Below are positions 47,764 through 59,879 of a DNA stretch of 64,000 bases, piece by piece (positions within the stretch are counted from its first letter, which is position 1; each line of letters starts with the position of its first letter). Origin of the DNA: Calcarisporiella thermophila CBS 279.70 (lineage: Eukaryota; Fungi; Calcarisporiellomycota); contig NW_027192195.1 in NCBI RefSeq assembly GCF_041956535.1, forward strand, positions 1,095,189 to 1,159,188, in the 5' to 3' direction. The position numbers and the translations under genes were made by a program. Under the pieces are notes generated by a model. That model saw only the letters and a program-made list of their open reading frames with translations. It did no database searches and had not been told where the DNA came from.

Positions 47764-50700
47764 TCATGTTTTGGTCCACAATTGTCTCGGGCGGTGTGCT
47801 CGGTTTTTTTGGAAATAGAGGCCACATGCATTACACAGCTTTTGCTCGGGAGTCTCGCCCGCACGCCATCCAGGTGTTTCGGTTGTCCCACAATTTGTAC
47901 ATTTCACCTCCATTCCCGCCCCTGCCGATATCGTCTGTGGTTGTGCCTGCCCGGCAGGTGTTAGCCCAGTGGAACTCGTAGACGTGGTCATCACAGGTGC
48001 GATTTTGGTGGCGGTTGGAAGCTTGGATGACTGGGAGAGATAGTAGTTGGAGGTCGGGGTATTGCCTTCGAAGGCCCGCTTGGGGGCGATGGCAGCTGCA
48101 TTGGCGAGCTTCTCTGCAGTGGCGTTCATGGCTGCCATTGGACTGGAAGCGGTTGTCGTTGCCATGGTCGAGGTGGGTGCTTTGGTCACGATCTTTGGAG
48201 TGAAATTCAATTCAGGAAGGGGAGCGTGTCTCGCAATGTCGAATAAACTTGTATGAAGCTCGCTCAACAACTTCTCCCGCTCCTTCTCTCCGACCCCATC
48301 TCCGTCGTTGCTCACGCCCTGGGTCAATGATCTGATCAATTTTGCGTTTGCCTGAAGCATCTCCTCCACGCTTTGCTTCGTGGAATCAGGAGCCATGATC
48401 CTTGCCTGCAGCTCGGAGAGGGTGTCTGCTTGCACTCCAGCCAATAATAAAAAGTCGAGATCCACCTTGGAGCTCCGACAATTCTCAACCATCTCGCGAT
48501 CCTGCTTACTTGTCTGGCGCGTTTTCTTCAGTGTGCTCAGTAGCTTCACGCTCCCAAACTCCACCTCTGTCTTCTTCTCCTCCTCGTCCTCCTGCTCGCC
48601 CTTCATCTTTTCATCTTGATCATCGTTCGCGAGCGCCACGAGCTGTTTCGCAACCGAGTGAGCCCCTCGTGTTAGCCGCTCTATTCTGTCCTCGACATAC
48701 TGCAGAATATCCTCATGCATTCCTTCCACAAAGGTAAGCAGACTTCTCACATAGGCTTCGCCGCGCTGATCAGCATAGACATTTCTTAGCCCATCGTCCA
48801 TTCCTACTTTTGCGACCTGTCCGGCTGGCTGTCCCTTGGCCCCGGCAGCCCCTTGATGTGCGTAAGGGCCATAGTCCAAGTGACGTGCAGACCATTCCTC
48901 CCCACCCACCCCCCTTAGCCGGGGCGCCTTCCCAAATGAAGGATTAGAGATCCATTCACTCGACTCTCCGACGATCAATGAGCCGTCAGGTGCAAAGGTC
49001 GGCTCCATGTCATTTTTCTTCTTCTTCTTTTTCTTCCCGCTCGTCAGGGCCGTCAGCACAGCCGTAGTGTTGGGGGTAGACTTATGTGGGGTCGAGGTCC
49101 GCGTGAAGGTTCCAGCACCCTCCTCACCTTGGCTGTGTCGGGGAGTGTTCTTTGTCGGGCGAACATCGCCAAGTTCTAGGATATCGATTTCCTCTTCTTT
49201 CTGCTTTCCGGCCTGCCCATCTAACACATGGTGCCGCACTGCGGTTGCAATCCCTTGACCGACAGAGGCAATAGGCGTGACGGCTTGAGCGGCTTGAGCC
49301 ATCTCCTCTTCGGGTGAGAGAATGTTACCCCGCTCGCGCTCGATTGCCTTTTCCCCATATTGCAAGATGCGATCGGCCGTCCGGTAGTAGATAGTGCTCG
49401 GAGCATTATAGGTCTTCGCATTGGTCATGACCAGCAAAAAATCTGATTTGAAAGCATCAATGTCGCGGTACTCGCCGGCAGCAAGCTTTTTCTGCATTGT
49501 TCCAAAATCCATCGGGGTCTTGATGACGGAGAGATAGTCGGTCACGATGCTTGTATCCACTGGAGCGAGGAAAAAACCATAGGCATCTTTCCTGTAAGCA
49601 ATAAAAATATACAAATCACTATGCAGCTGGTTAATCAATCACTTAGGAATTCTATCTTACTTGATAAAGGCTTCGAGCAATTTTTGCAAAACAGTCCGAA
49701 GATCTTTCTTCCGTGGAGCCCACTGACGAGGTTGTTTTGAACGCGAGCCCTTCTTTTTGCCAGTGCTCGAGCCTTTTTTTCCTTGCCTCGTTTCGCCACC
49801 CTGAGAAATGGACTTGTTGGCCACGCTCGAATTATCGTACCCAGGTACTGGAGTAAGCGGTTCAAATTGCTGCTGCTGGCGAAATACAGGGTCTTCACGA
49901 ATCAAATGAGCAGGCGTCAGACTTTGCCTTGAGCCCATCGACTCGCTGTCTGTGTCGGTTGTATATGATAGGCGGCGAGATTTGGGGGAGTGCCGCATGG
50001 AGCTGGCTGAAGCTGAGGGTGCCCTGTTCAACCTACCCTCCTCCGCAGGAGTGCCATCAGACCCGATCGAGCTGTACGAACGCTTACCACCAGAGCTCTG
50101 ACGTCTCGCAGTCGCACCGTTTGTGGCGGGAGATGTGTAATCAACGACTCCTTCTTCATAATATTCTTCGTCATTGTCGGATATTTCCATCTTTGTTACA
50201 TCCGACTCTCTATCTGCCATTAGATTGTCCTCATCAACATCCTCCTCCACCTCATCCTTGGTATCCTCTCGAGCTCTAGGTGCAGCAGGGTGTTTGCCCT
50301 GACCGGGTATTGTTTTTCCAGCATAGGATGAGTGTGAGGGTGCGGCTCTTGAGCCCTTTTCATGCTTATGCTTCTTTTTCCTCCCCCGTTCCTTGTTTTC
50401 CTTTCTCTCCTTCTGCGCAGGAGCTCTTCCAGCGGCCGAAGAAATGAGCCGTAGTTTTATTTTTGGTCTTTCCTCCTCTGCACGTCTAGACCGCTCTCGA
50501 CTGTCTACATCTTCTGAATCAACATCCACGAGTCGATCATCAACTTCAGACAGATCATTACTGTCAAAATCTGAAGCTTCTTCCCACTCTTTGCCTCTGT
50601 GCCACTGATCAGGTTCGTAAGATTCGTCCGAGTCTATTCCATCCAATGGGTCATCATGATTTGAATATTGGATTGAGGGGCGGGTTGAATTATCATGGGT

Positions 50701-51146
50701 CTGTGAGGATGTGAAGTTGGCAGAAGCAGGTGTGGAGGCACGATTGCCTAGCTTGAGGGAGATTTTAAGGCGTGGTTTCGGGGGATCTTGTGAATCTGGA
50801 CAAAATCAAGAGGTGTTAGCGTCGAAATCGCATAGCATGATCAAGTGAAAAACGAACAGGACAAAAGTGAGCAAAAGGAAATAGTGGATTAGGTGGAGAA
50901 TCGGGGGTAAGAATTAAAGGAGAGGCTTTTGTAAAGGAGGCCCCTCTACCCCCCCACATTCTCCATGCTATTCCACTCACTAAATGAACATATATGGGTG
51001 TGTGGATATACACACACCAACAAATAAAAGAAAAATTCCAAGGGAAAAATGGAAATGGAAAAGAAAAACTCACCAGCAGTAACAGAAGTCTGATTATCTT
51101 TTGTCCAACTCTTCACTTTTGATTTGGACGAGTTTCTCGACTTCAT
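47764..51146 (-). CDS. BRD7/BRD9-like bromodomain protein with C-terminal GATA zinc finger
   Basis: Bromodomain KDAYGFFLAPV...PMDFGTM...NAKTYNAPSTIYY, a DUF3512-like segment DYGPY...YADQRGEAYVRSLLTFV...LTRGAH, and GATA finger CTNCGTTETPGWR...LCNACGLY. Introns at 50796-51073 and about 49593-49660. Confidence 0.85.
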
Positions 51147-51428
51147 CTTTTCTTTTTCCCTCCCTCAAACTTTTTTTACGTCTCGCTCAGCTTTGTCTAC
51201 TGCTCCTTCAGGGATCTAATGGAAATCGGGCGATTGACGTCATCCCATTTTAATGAGTAGATATTCTAAAATTTCATACTAGCAGAGCGAAAAGAGGAGC
51301 ATAACATAGCCGAAGAGCCTATCGCTTTGGGATTGTGTGAATGTAACATAGAGTGGATTAGATGCCAATGTTCTATTCACTTTTCATCATCTAAAAAGCA
51401 AATTTATAATGAAAATAACATAAAAATT

Positions 51429-53176
51429 CTACAAATTATCCACGCCTTCCTTCGCTTCGTCTTCGCTTCGTTGACTCAGCCCACCAGAGGTAGCACTGGA
51501 TACAAGCTCAACAATGCGGGAACCATTTCGTGCCTCCTTTATCCGCTCCCATCTCCCCAACTTCGGCTCCTGCCCAATGCCGGCCGCTAGCCAAATACTT
51601 CCCGCCTTCACCAATCCCGCCCCCAATGTTTCCAGTGCCAAGTCGTTTACATAGCCGACCATGGGCACCGCACTCACTTGCTCGAATTTTTTCAACCCGC
51701 CATCTATTCTCCACAGCCGTACATACCCATCACATGAGCCGCTCGCAAACAAATCCGAATACCGTAGTGTGGCTAGAGAGGTGATCCAATAAGGTGTCGA
51801 AATGCTACCTTCGGACTCTGATTGATGGACACGTAGTCCATGAGCTTGAGGGCAGGTGAAGATGGGTTTTTTCTTATTGATATTCCAGAGGCAGATGGTA
51901 CCGGAGTCACCTCCCGTCAAGAAATGCTCTTCGTCTACCAGGGCAATGACGTCGAGGGAGCCCTCTACAAACCGCGGACGGCCAGAACCATCCAAGTCTT
52001 TTGTTACGGCGCCGCCCCGGAAGACAAGTTGCGATTCCTCCACAATCTTCCATAGCCGAGCGGTGCGATCCCGCCCCCCAGTGGTGACGCAGCGCTCACG
52101 AGTCAAGGTATCCACCGAAGTGATGATATCTTGGTGGCCAAATCTATGATTCAACGAATAGGTTAGCACGATGTTGCCAAGAGAGAGAGCACGAATCCGG
52201 AAGTACTAACAGCGTCTCAACATAGGCTAACTCGTCCACGTTCCAAACCTTCACCGTTCGATCGTGTGAGACGGAATATAATTGATTTGTTCCCTTCCTG
52301 AACGCTAACCCAGATATTGCGTCCTTGTGCTGGGTGAAACACTTAAGGTGCCGATTTTCTGCTATGCTCCATACGTTGATTTTACGATCACGTCCCCCGC
52401 TGGCAAGATATTTGCCATCATAACTGGTTGCGAGACAAAGGACGTGGCCAACATGGCCTATGTGAGTGCGAGAGTCGGAGGCGCGCCCACCAGCATAGGT
52501 GTGGAGCCTTTTCCCGGTGCGCGCATCCCATTTGACGATAGAGCCATCTTTGGCACCTGTGTATAATATGCCTGTATCTGTGAATGCAATGCTTGTAACA
52601 CTGAGCTTGTGACCTCGACATGTCCGTACAGTGGAAGGATCAATTGGAAATTTAAGCTATGCCAGAAAGAGTCAGTCATTTTCTTTGCCCTGAAGATATG
52701 TGCAAAGAGCACAAGGAATGGCTTCAAAAGTGAAGGACATACAGTATCTGCCACCCGCCGGTGCATTTTCCCTGTTGTCTCCAAAACATCTTTTTTCAAC
52801 CGCTCCGCAATTAAATCTCGATCAATTTCCGCTGCATCGAACCCTCCTTCATCTAAATTCAGGGCAAAAAGTGAGGAAAGATCAGACCAACTTCTATCGC
52901 TTTCTGACGGGATGAGCCACGGGGGGACATACCAATATCCTCTTCAATTTTACGGATATACGTCTTAGCTAGTCTTAATCTCTTCTCAGCCGCGGTCTCC
53001 CGTTTATCCTCATCGCTCTCCTCTTCAACCTCGCTTGCCTCCAAATCCATGTCATCGATTCCTCCTGGACCAATATCATCCTCCTCCAATTCATCACGAT
53101 CCTTTGAAGAGCGTTTGCCATTAGCGGCAAGGGGTTTCTTGCGTTTTCGAGAGGTTATGAAAAAGGGATCGGACAT
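51429..53176 (-). CDS. RRP9: U3 snoRNA-associated WD40 protein Rrp9 (U3-55K)
   Basis: MSDPFF, ETAAEKRLRLAK, YVETLFGHQD, GGRDRTARLWKIVEESQLVF and GQEPKLGRW. Confidence 0.95.
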
Positions 53177-53856
53177 GTCGATTGGGAGATATTGCTCAAG
53201 TACACCTAATCCAGAGAGGGGGGGAAACACGAGTCGAGTTAACTAGAAAGCTTAAGGCAGTGTGGCTTGTGTTTATTACAATTAAGTAGTCCTTTTTGTA
53301 GTCACTCAGTGGCAACGGTCACAATTCAACTAGAAGGGAATTTGCGCACCTATCCTAAGGTAATATCCAAATAGGTACCCCCACTTTATTTTTCGTGGAA
53401 AATAGCAGGTCCACACAAGCATCTTTCAATTTAAAAAATAAAATAAAAGAAATAGATAAAGGATGTATCTGATTATTAAAGTTACTAATCAATTTCTTGA
53501 GGTGCATGTTCCAAATTGCCCGGAAATGAATAGAAGAATACATACCTGTAAATTCTATTAAAGAAACTGCTTGAAATAGGAAAGACGAATTGTCGGGAAT
53601 GATAGTCGAGAAGACTGACATCGAAGAGGGCGTAATCAGCATGAGGAGAGAAGTAAAGATCATTTTCATGCTCCCCTTCATTTTATCTCAGCCAGATTCT
53701 TCAAGTCTCACTATCACAACTGATCGAAAATGATGGTATTCAATTCAGTGGGTGGATGGCGAAAGAGTTGGATTGTTAAATTTTACAAGTCAATAAGTAT
53801 GTACAAAGCGTGAGAGACAAATAAAAATGAAATAGCATCCATAAGACAATATCGAC

Positions 53857-55081
53857 TTAAAAATCCGCATCCAATACTAGAGTTCCCATGTCGTCCCTGT
53901 TGCTGTTCACGACGCCTGCGCGCTGATAGTCGGAAACGCGCTTCTCGAAGAAGTTGGTCTTGCCCTCAAGGGAGATTAAGTCCATGAAGTCGAACGGATT
54001 CTCCACGTTGTAATGACGTGGGCATCCTAAGGCGACAAGCAAGCGATCTGCAACGAACTCTATGTAGCGGCACATAAGAGTGGCGTTCATTCCGATGAGA
54101 GCCACAGGGAGGGCATTGGTAAGGAAGTCCTGCTCAATCGTGACGGCCTCGGTAATGATTTTGTTAATGATGGTTTCGGATGGCCGGTTTCGCAACAGGG
54201 AAAAGAGCAGGCAGGCAAAATCCGTGTGAAGGCCCTCGTCGCGTGAAATCAACTCATTGGAGAAGGTCAGCCCTGGCATCAGGCCACGCTTTCTCAGCCA
54301 GAAAATAGCAGCAAACGAGCCGGAAAAGAAAATCCCCTCGACCGCTGCAAACGCAATTAAGCGGGTAGCGAAGCTGGAGTCCCTGTCCGAGATCCAGCGC
54401 AAGGCCCAGCCGGCCTTCAGCTTGATACACGGCACTGTCTCAATAGCATCGAATAGATAGTCACGTTGAGCTGAGTCCTTGATGTAGGTATCGATGAGGA
54501 GACTTTGAATGGAAAGGCATTAGCATCAAATCAAGACGACCCAGAAGGCCGAGCAGGAGGGGATCGCTCACCTGTACATCTCCGAATGAATATTCTCCAT
54601 CATAATCTGGAATCCGTAAAAGCACCTGGCTTCTGGGATCTGCACCTCGTTCGAAAAGCGCTCGACTAGGTTTTCATTGACGATGCCATCAGAGGCAGCG
54701 AAAAACGCGAGCACGTGGGAGATAAACTTGCGCTCATCTGCGGTCAGGTTATGCTCCCAGTCGTAGACATCCTTTGAGAGATCGACCTCCTCCGCGGTCC
54801 AAAAGGAGGCCTCGGCCTTCTTATACATTTGCCATACCTAGAGATGAGGAGGAAAAGGCAGAGGGTCAGGGTGAGCCGGCTTTCCAACACGTGGGTAGGC
54901 CGCAGCTACTTACTTCGTGGTATTTGATTGGGAAAAGGACAAATCGGCGTGGATTCGGGGTAAGTATCGGCTCTTCCATTTCTTGCTCCTTGAGCTGTGC
55001 GATTTTCGTGGGTACATCGGCTAGGATTTTTTCCGCTTCCTGAGGGGCTGCCATAGAGGGAGAGGGCGATGACGTGTGCAT
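53857..55081 (-). CDS. RNR2: Ribonucleotide reductase small subunit
   Basis: [65 protein letters not shown] and C-terminal LDADF. Confidence 0.97.
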
Positions 55082-56845
55082 AAGTCTAGAGTCGTAGCAA
55101 GAGCGATATGATTAAGGCTGGCGAGGGGAGGCGGTGGAGAGAATCGAGACTTGATATATGGAGTGAAGACGGCAGAACTTTTTTAAAAGCAAGCCATTTT
55201 TATATAATGAATCTCGTAATTCAGAGTGCGACCAATCAGCGGGAAGGCAAACAACTTCGGAACAAACACAAGAAACAGAAATCGAAACATTTTTTAGAGA
55301 GGATACACGACAATCGTCGATGATTATAGGAGCGAACACCGCGCAGGTCAGACCGGTCGGTTCCCCATGCCAATAGGAAATGCGGCCCAGTTCCTCGCAC
55401 ACTCCCAGTTGACCGAAACCTTCATATTGAAGAAACCCACGTGCGGGCCAACTCGATCTTCATATCAGAGGGTTTGATCGAATGACTAATTTTCTGGTCT
55501 AGGACCGTCTTGGGTCTCTTGAATAAAGCAATCTCCATGCCTGCTCTCTGTATCTAAACGAGTCGTGGGAACCCCTCGGCAGCCGAATCGCTAGCGAGGA
55601 CAAGGCCAACTTGAAGAGCGGCTAGCCTTTTTTCGTGGAAGACTCGGTCGGGGGGGGGGGGAGGTCGTAGCTCCGTGGGAGGTGACGAATACCCAACCAA
55701 AGGAACGCAATTCGCCGCTACCCGCTCTCGCCATCATTGCTAAGGAAAAGTTAGCAATCGCTTAATATTTGTCAAAGGAGTGGATGCTCGGATTCAATGG
55801 TCTAATATAGTGTATATCGGCTTAGAAATAAGATGAAAGCGGCCATCCCCTCCGATAAGGAGCACACTCCCCATACCCCCCCGATGCGGGCGAAATTCCG
55901 TCTTAGACCATTATTGCTGAGCCTGCCAAACAAACAACAAAGTTGTGGCCCGTCCAACCTATCTAAATTAATTCATCCACGAAATAGGTTTTAAATTAAT
56001 ATCGACAGCGGCAGTCAGGCTCGGCTCAGCGTCTGGCAGAACAACGAAAAGTGATCCAGTTCGCTCTGGGCCTGAAAGATCCCGATGTGAATAGGATATG
56101 AATATGGGTAAGAGTCTAAATATAGAAGAGGTGGGCAGGAGGATAGGATATTCGTCAGCAAAGTGGAGCAATGGAGGCGTAGCTGCCATTCTATCTGATA
56201 TGGATCGATCCGTTGATATTCACGATGCATCGCCTCCATGCAGCGTAAGATATTTAAGGGCTGCCTAGCTAACTTGGTGGAGAAATCGCTCGTGCGCCAA
56301 ATCTCCTCGAGATATAAGGGACACCCATCAAATATTTTGACATTTCATATTTGCCCTGTCGACGGGGGGATGGGAGAGGAGGGAGAGTCGGGGATCGGTG
56401 CTTAGAAATATGCCTTAAGACCTCTCTTATTGCTAAGCTTCGGCAGCCATGCATACTTGAAATATTTTACAGGAAAATCCGCTGACGAGCTTTACTTCCT
56501 CGAATCCATTAAATCCCCGATCCGCAGTCCACTTGCAATTTCCCGATGGCCAAATGACGCATACCTTTGGGTTAACTCTCCGATGGCCCTCCTGTGTATT
56601 CCTGTCTGGCATGCTTATGCCTTCCTCCTGTTGACTTCCCTCTTTCGGCAGCGTGTAACCTTATTCCTTGAATGGCATTTTCCCTTAATTAAATATCCGA
56701 GAATATGGGCAAGGTTCATATATATATAAATATATCGGCCTTTGCACGGGGTTGGTCTTGTTTGCTAAAAGAAAACAAGCGGATCCGCTGTGAAGAGCTG
56801 CCTCCTTCCTCCCCCTTCCTCCTCCCCCTTCCCCACTCATCCATC

Positions 56846-57947
56846 ATGAATATACCATTCGACATTTCCCAACAACTCCCATGGTCGCCCCCTCCCACGC
56901 CGGGCAAACAGGACGCCCTCCCCACGCCGGATCAGTTCGAGTCCATCATCGACGATTACCTCTCCTCGCTCTCCCCCAAAAAGCGAGACAAGGCCCTCAT
57001 CACCCAGGACATGTATGACCATATCCTCCGCGTCCTCCTCGACCCGCGCAACACCCAGAACTCCACCGCCCAGTTTCGCTTTTGGTCGAAGCGCATGTTT
57101 ACCCTTGCGATGCACCACGGGCGGCCGGTGATATTGCATGAGGGGAAGCCTGTGGCGGTGAGGGAGGAGATTTACGACATCCTAGTGCGGTGCCACCGCG
57201 CGGCGTCCCACGGGGGCCGAGATAAAACCTCTTCCCTGGTAATGAACCTAGTTTTCCCCTCCCCCTCCAGATCCCTTCTCTAACCGGATCGGCTTTCTTC
57301 TTAACTAGATTCGCCGGCATTACTCATGGATTCCAAAGGAGCTGGTCGCTCGCTTCGTAAGGAGCTGCCCGTATTGCACCTCTCGCCGCGTTTCCGTTCG
57401 GACGACCCCGACCTCTCCCGCCACCACTCTCTCCTCCTCACCCCCCGCTCATTTGCTTCACTTCTCGCCTCAAGTAGCCTTATTCAGCGCCCCCACTCTT
57501 CCCACCGCTTCAAGCCAGCGCGTTTCCCCTAGTGCGCCGTGGGAATTCACCCCACACATCAAGGAGGAGGACTGGTATCCGACTGGCTTGGTTACAACGG
57601 AATCGGCAGGGGAGGAGATGCCAAGCTGGCCCTACCAAACGTCACCACTGGAATTGCGCGATATCGCATCCATGCACGAGGTCATCCCCATCAACCTACA
57701 AGAAATGCTGGAGGGATGCTATGACCTGGGGGTGGATGCGATTGGGCTGTCGGGGACAGCCGCCGGCGAGCCGGTAAAGGAATGCGGGACTGACGGGGAG
57801 TTGCTGGGCCTATCCACCGAAGATATCCACCAGCTGTTGCATAGCTTGACGCCTATGGGAGGAGCAGAGAGCGAATCGCCCTTCCGTCGGAGCGTCAAGT
57901 TTGAAAAGGCGGGGATCGCTAGGGACGAGCGGCAGGTTGCGCTCTGA
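56846..57947 (+). CDS. NOL4-like protein with integrase H2C2 zinc-binding domain
   Basis: QFRFWSKRMF, VAVREEIYDILVRCH...HGGRDKT|IRRHYSWIPKELVARFVRSCPYC. Intron at 57239-57308; no integrase catalytic core. Confidence 0.75.
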
Positions 57948-58498
57948 GGAGGACCAACCCGTGTTTTGTAGTATAATTCCAAGTGTGTCTTTATTTTTCG
58001 TAGAACTATCTCATTGCTTTTTATTTCACTTTATTAGTTCTTGGTTACTTTTTACTTTATATGAAAAGTTTGGGTTTAGCTAAAAAATCCGCCCTCGTTA
58101 TGATATCCCTTGATGGTATGATATGCCCTCCCCCTCCTTCGACTTAAGCTATGTATTTTTTTTTTCGCTCGATTCCCAAACTTTTGTATGCATTTTCCAT
58201 TGCTGTACGTTTGTCTTATAGTGTTGTACAGTTAATCTTTCTAGCATACTCTTCACGTTTTTTTTTGGTCATCATGTTTATTTTTGTTTTCATAGCTTTG
58301 ATCGTACTCTTATAATGTGGTTCAATCTTTTATTTTCATTATATAATGACGTATCCACCAAAAATATCCCCGATAAAAGAATGTTGGAAATTTTCGAAAA
58401 AATTTGAAGTCTTGGTATTTGTCATAGCTCGCTTTTTTATATTACCCTGTTTTATTTTAAAAAAAATCTAAATCGTTAACTTCATCCATCACAACACA

Positions 58499-59259
58499 AT
58501 GGGATTTATTGAAGAGCTCAAGTCTAAAAATTTTTCGATCTACGCGCAATGGTACTCTATCACGTTATCTTGTCAATCAGATGGAATCCATAGCTAATCC
58601 CTTTCCATGTTTAAAATAGGGCGGGTCTAGTGTCGATTTTACGTAAGTAACAAGGATGATTTATTTGCAAGGTGGACCAGGATAACCTATAATCCAATCT
58701 CTGTAGTACTTCTCATATTTGGCATCCTTGGCGTCGTTACCTTAGGCAATCTGGTGTTTGGCATCATCGGGTTGATTATGGCAGCTATTCTAGCTTTTGT
58801 CGAGATCCCGCTCTGCCTAAAGGTATGGGTTGTTTTATTCGGGCTAAATGCAAGAACACACGTATTGATGCTTAAATTAATGGCTATAGTGTTGTCCTGT
58901 GAGTGATCGTTTTGATGGATTCATCAAGGTCTTTGAAAACCATTACCTAAGAGCAGTGCTATACCTAGTGTAATAATAACTTTATTCCTTTGTGAGGTCC
59001 CTGTGTTTTGCTAAGGGTATATTCCTTTTTCAGGTTCGCCGTGGTTATGTTCCTCTCCCATTTCCTTGGCTCTACCGGCCTTATTGCCGCGGGTGTTGCC
59101 CTGCTCCTTGGCTGCATCTTCTATGGTAGGAGACTTTCTATTTTATTCCTCGGTGGATGTGTATTCATGCTGTTCTATCCCCTTTTCCTAATAGCTATCG
59201 CTGCATTTACCCACCAAGAGCATGCCGCTTCCAGTTTCACTGGGGGCGCAAGTGTCTAA
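58499..59259 (+). CDS. TVP18: Golgi membrane protein Tvp18 (Flower/Cg6151-P family)
   Basis: MGFIEELKSKNFSIYAQW, FVEIPLCLK|CCP and C-terminal ASSFTGGASV; several short exons. Confidence 0.85.
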
Positions 59260-59879
59260 GTCGAGATATCATACACCATTTCCTATAAAAGCCTTAAAAA
59301 AAGTTAATAAACTTAGCTTGTGTTGAGTGTATTTCTATTTCTATTCTTCGTTGGCCTATTCTTTTTTTTTATTGCATTTTTTTCTAGTTTTTGTGCTAAA
59401 CATGGTTTCTCCTTCGTATGCTTGGCATTCTCGGTTCTGATTTCCTTCCTCTAGTGGCCCAAAGGGGGATGAAAGAATAGAGGTTGGAGTCTTCGATAGA
59501 AATCGGAAGAGGCTTTTTTATTTTTATTTTTTTGATTTCGCAAAAGCTTTTTCCCTCCCGACGCCGCTTAGCCGCGCCGAGAATGGAGGGGGGGCTGATT
59601 GCATCTCAGCCATGAAAGGCCAGCAAAGGAAAAGAATTTCCCTGGTGGCAACAGGAATGATCCAAGCAAAAAGTCTGAAATTCACCACCGATGAGGTATT
59701 ATTGAAAAAAAACTCGATTTCAAATCTATTCACTTTTTCCTCGTTCCCCCCTCTCAATCCTTGATTGCCCCCCAATCTTCCATCATCCTTTGCTTTTGCT
59801 CCGTCTCGCTTACTGCTCTAGAAGATCTGCTTCATTTCATTCCTTCTGTCTTTTTCCTTCCGGCTCCACCCTTTGAAGA

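Noticed and set aside
2065-53176. IMP4 and RRP9 as a U3 snoRNP gene cluster
   Set aside because: They are about 48 kb apart with many unrelated genes between them, which is consistent with chance.
55230-55250. CCAAT plus E2F-like GCGGGAA upstream of RNR2
   Set aside because: Plausible for an S-phase gene in an early-diverging fungus, but a single short imperfect match cannot be told from chance.
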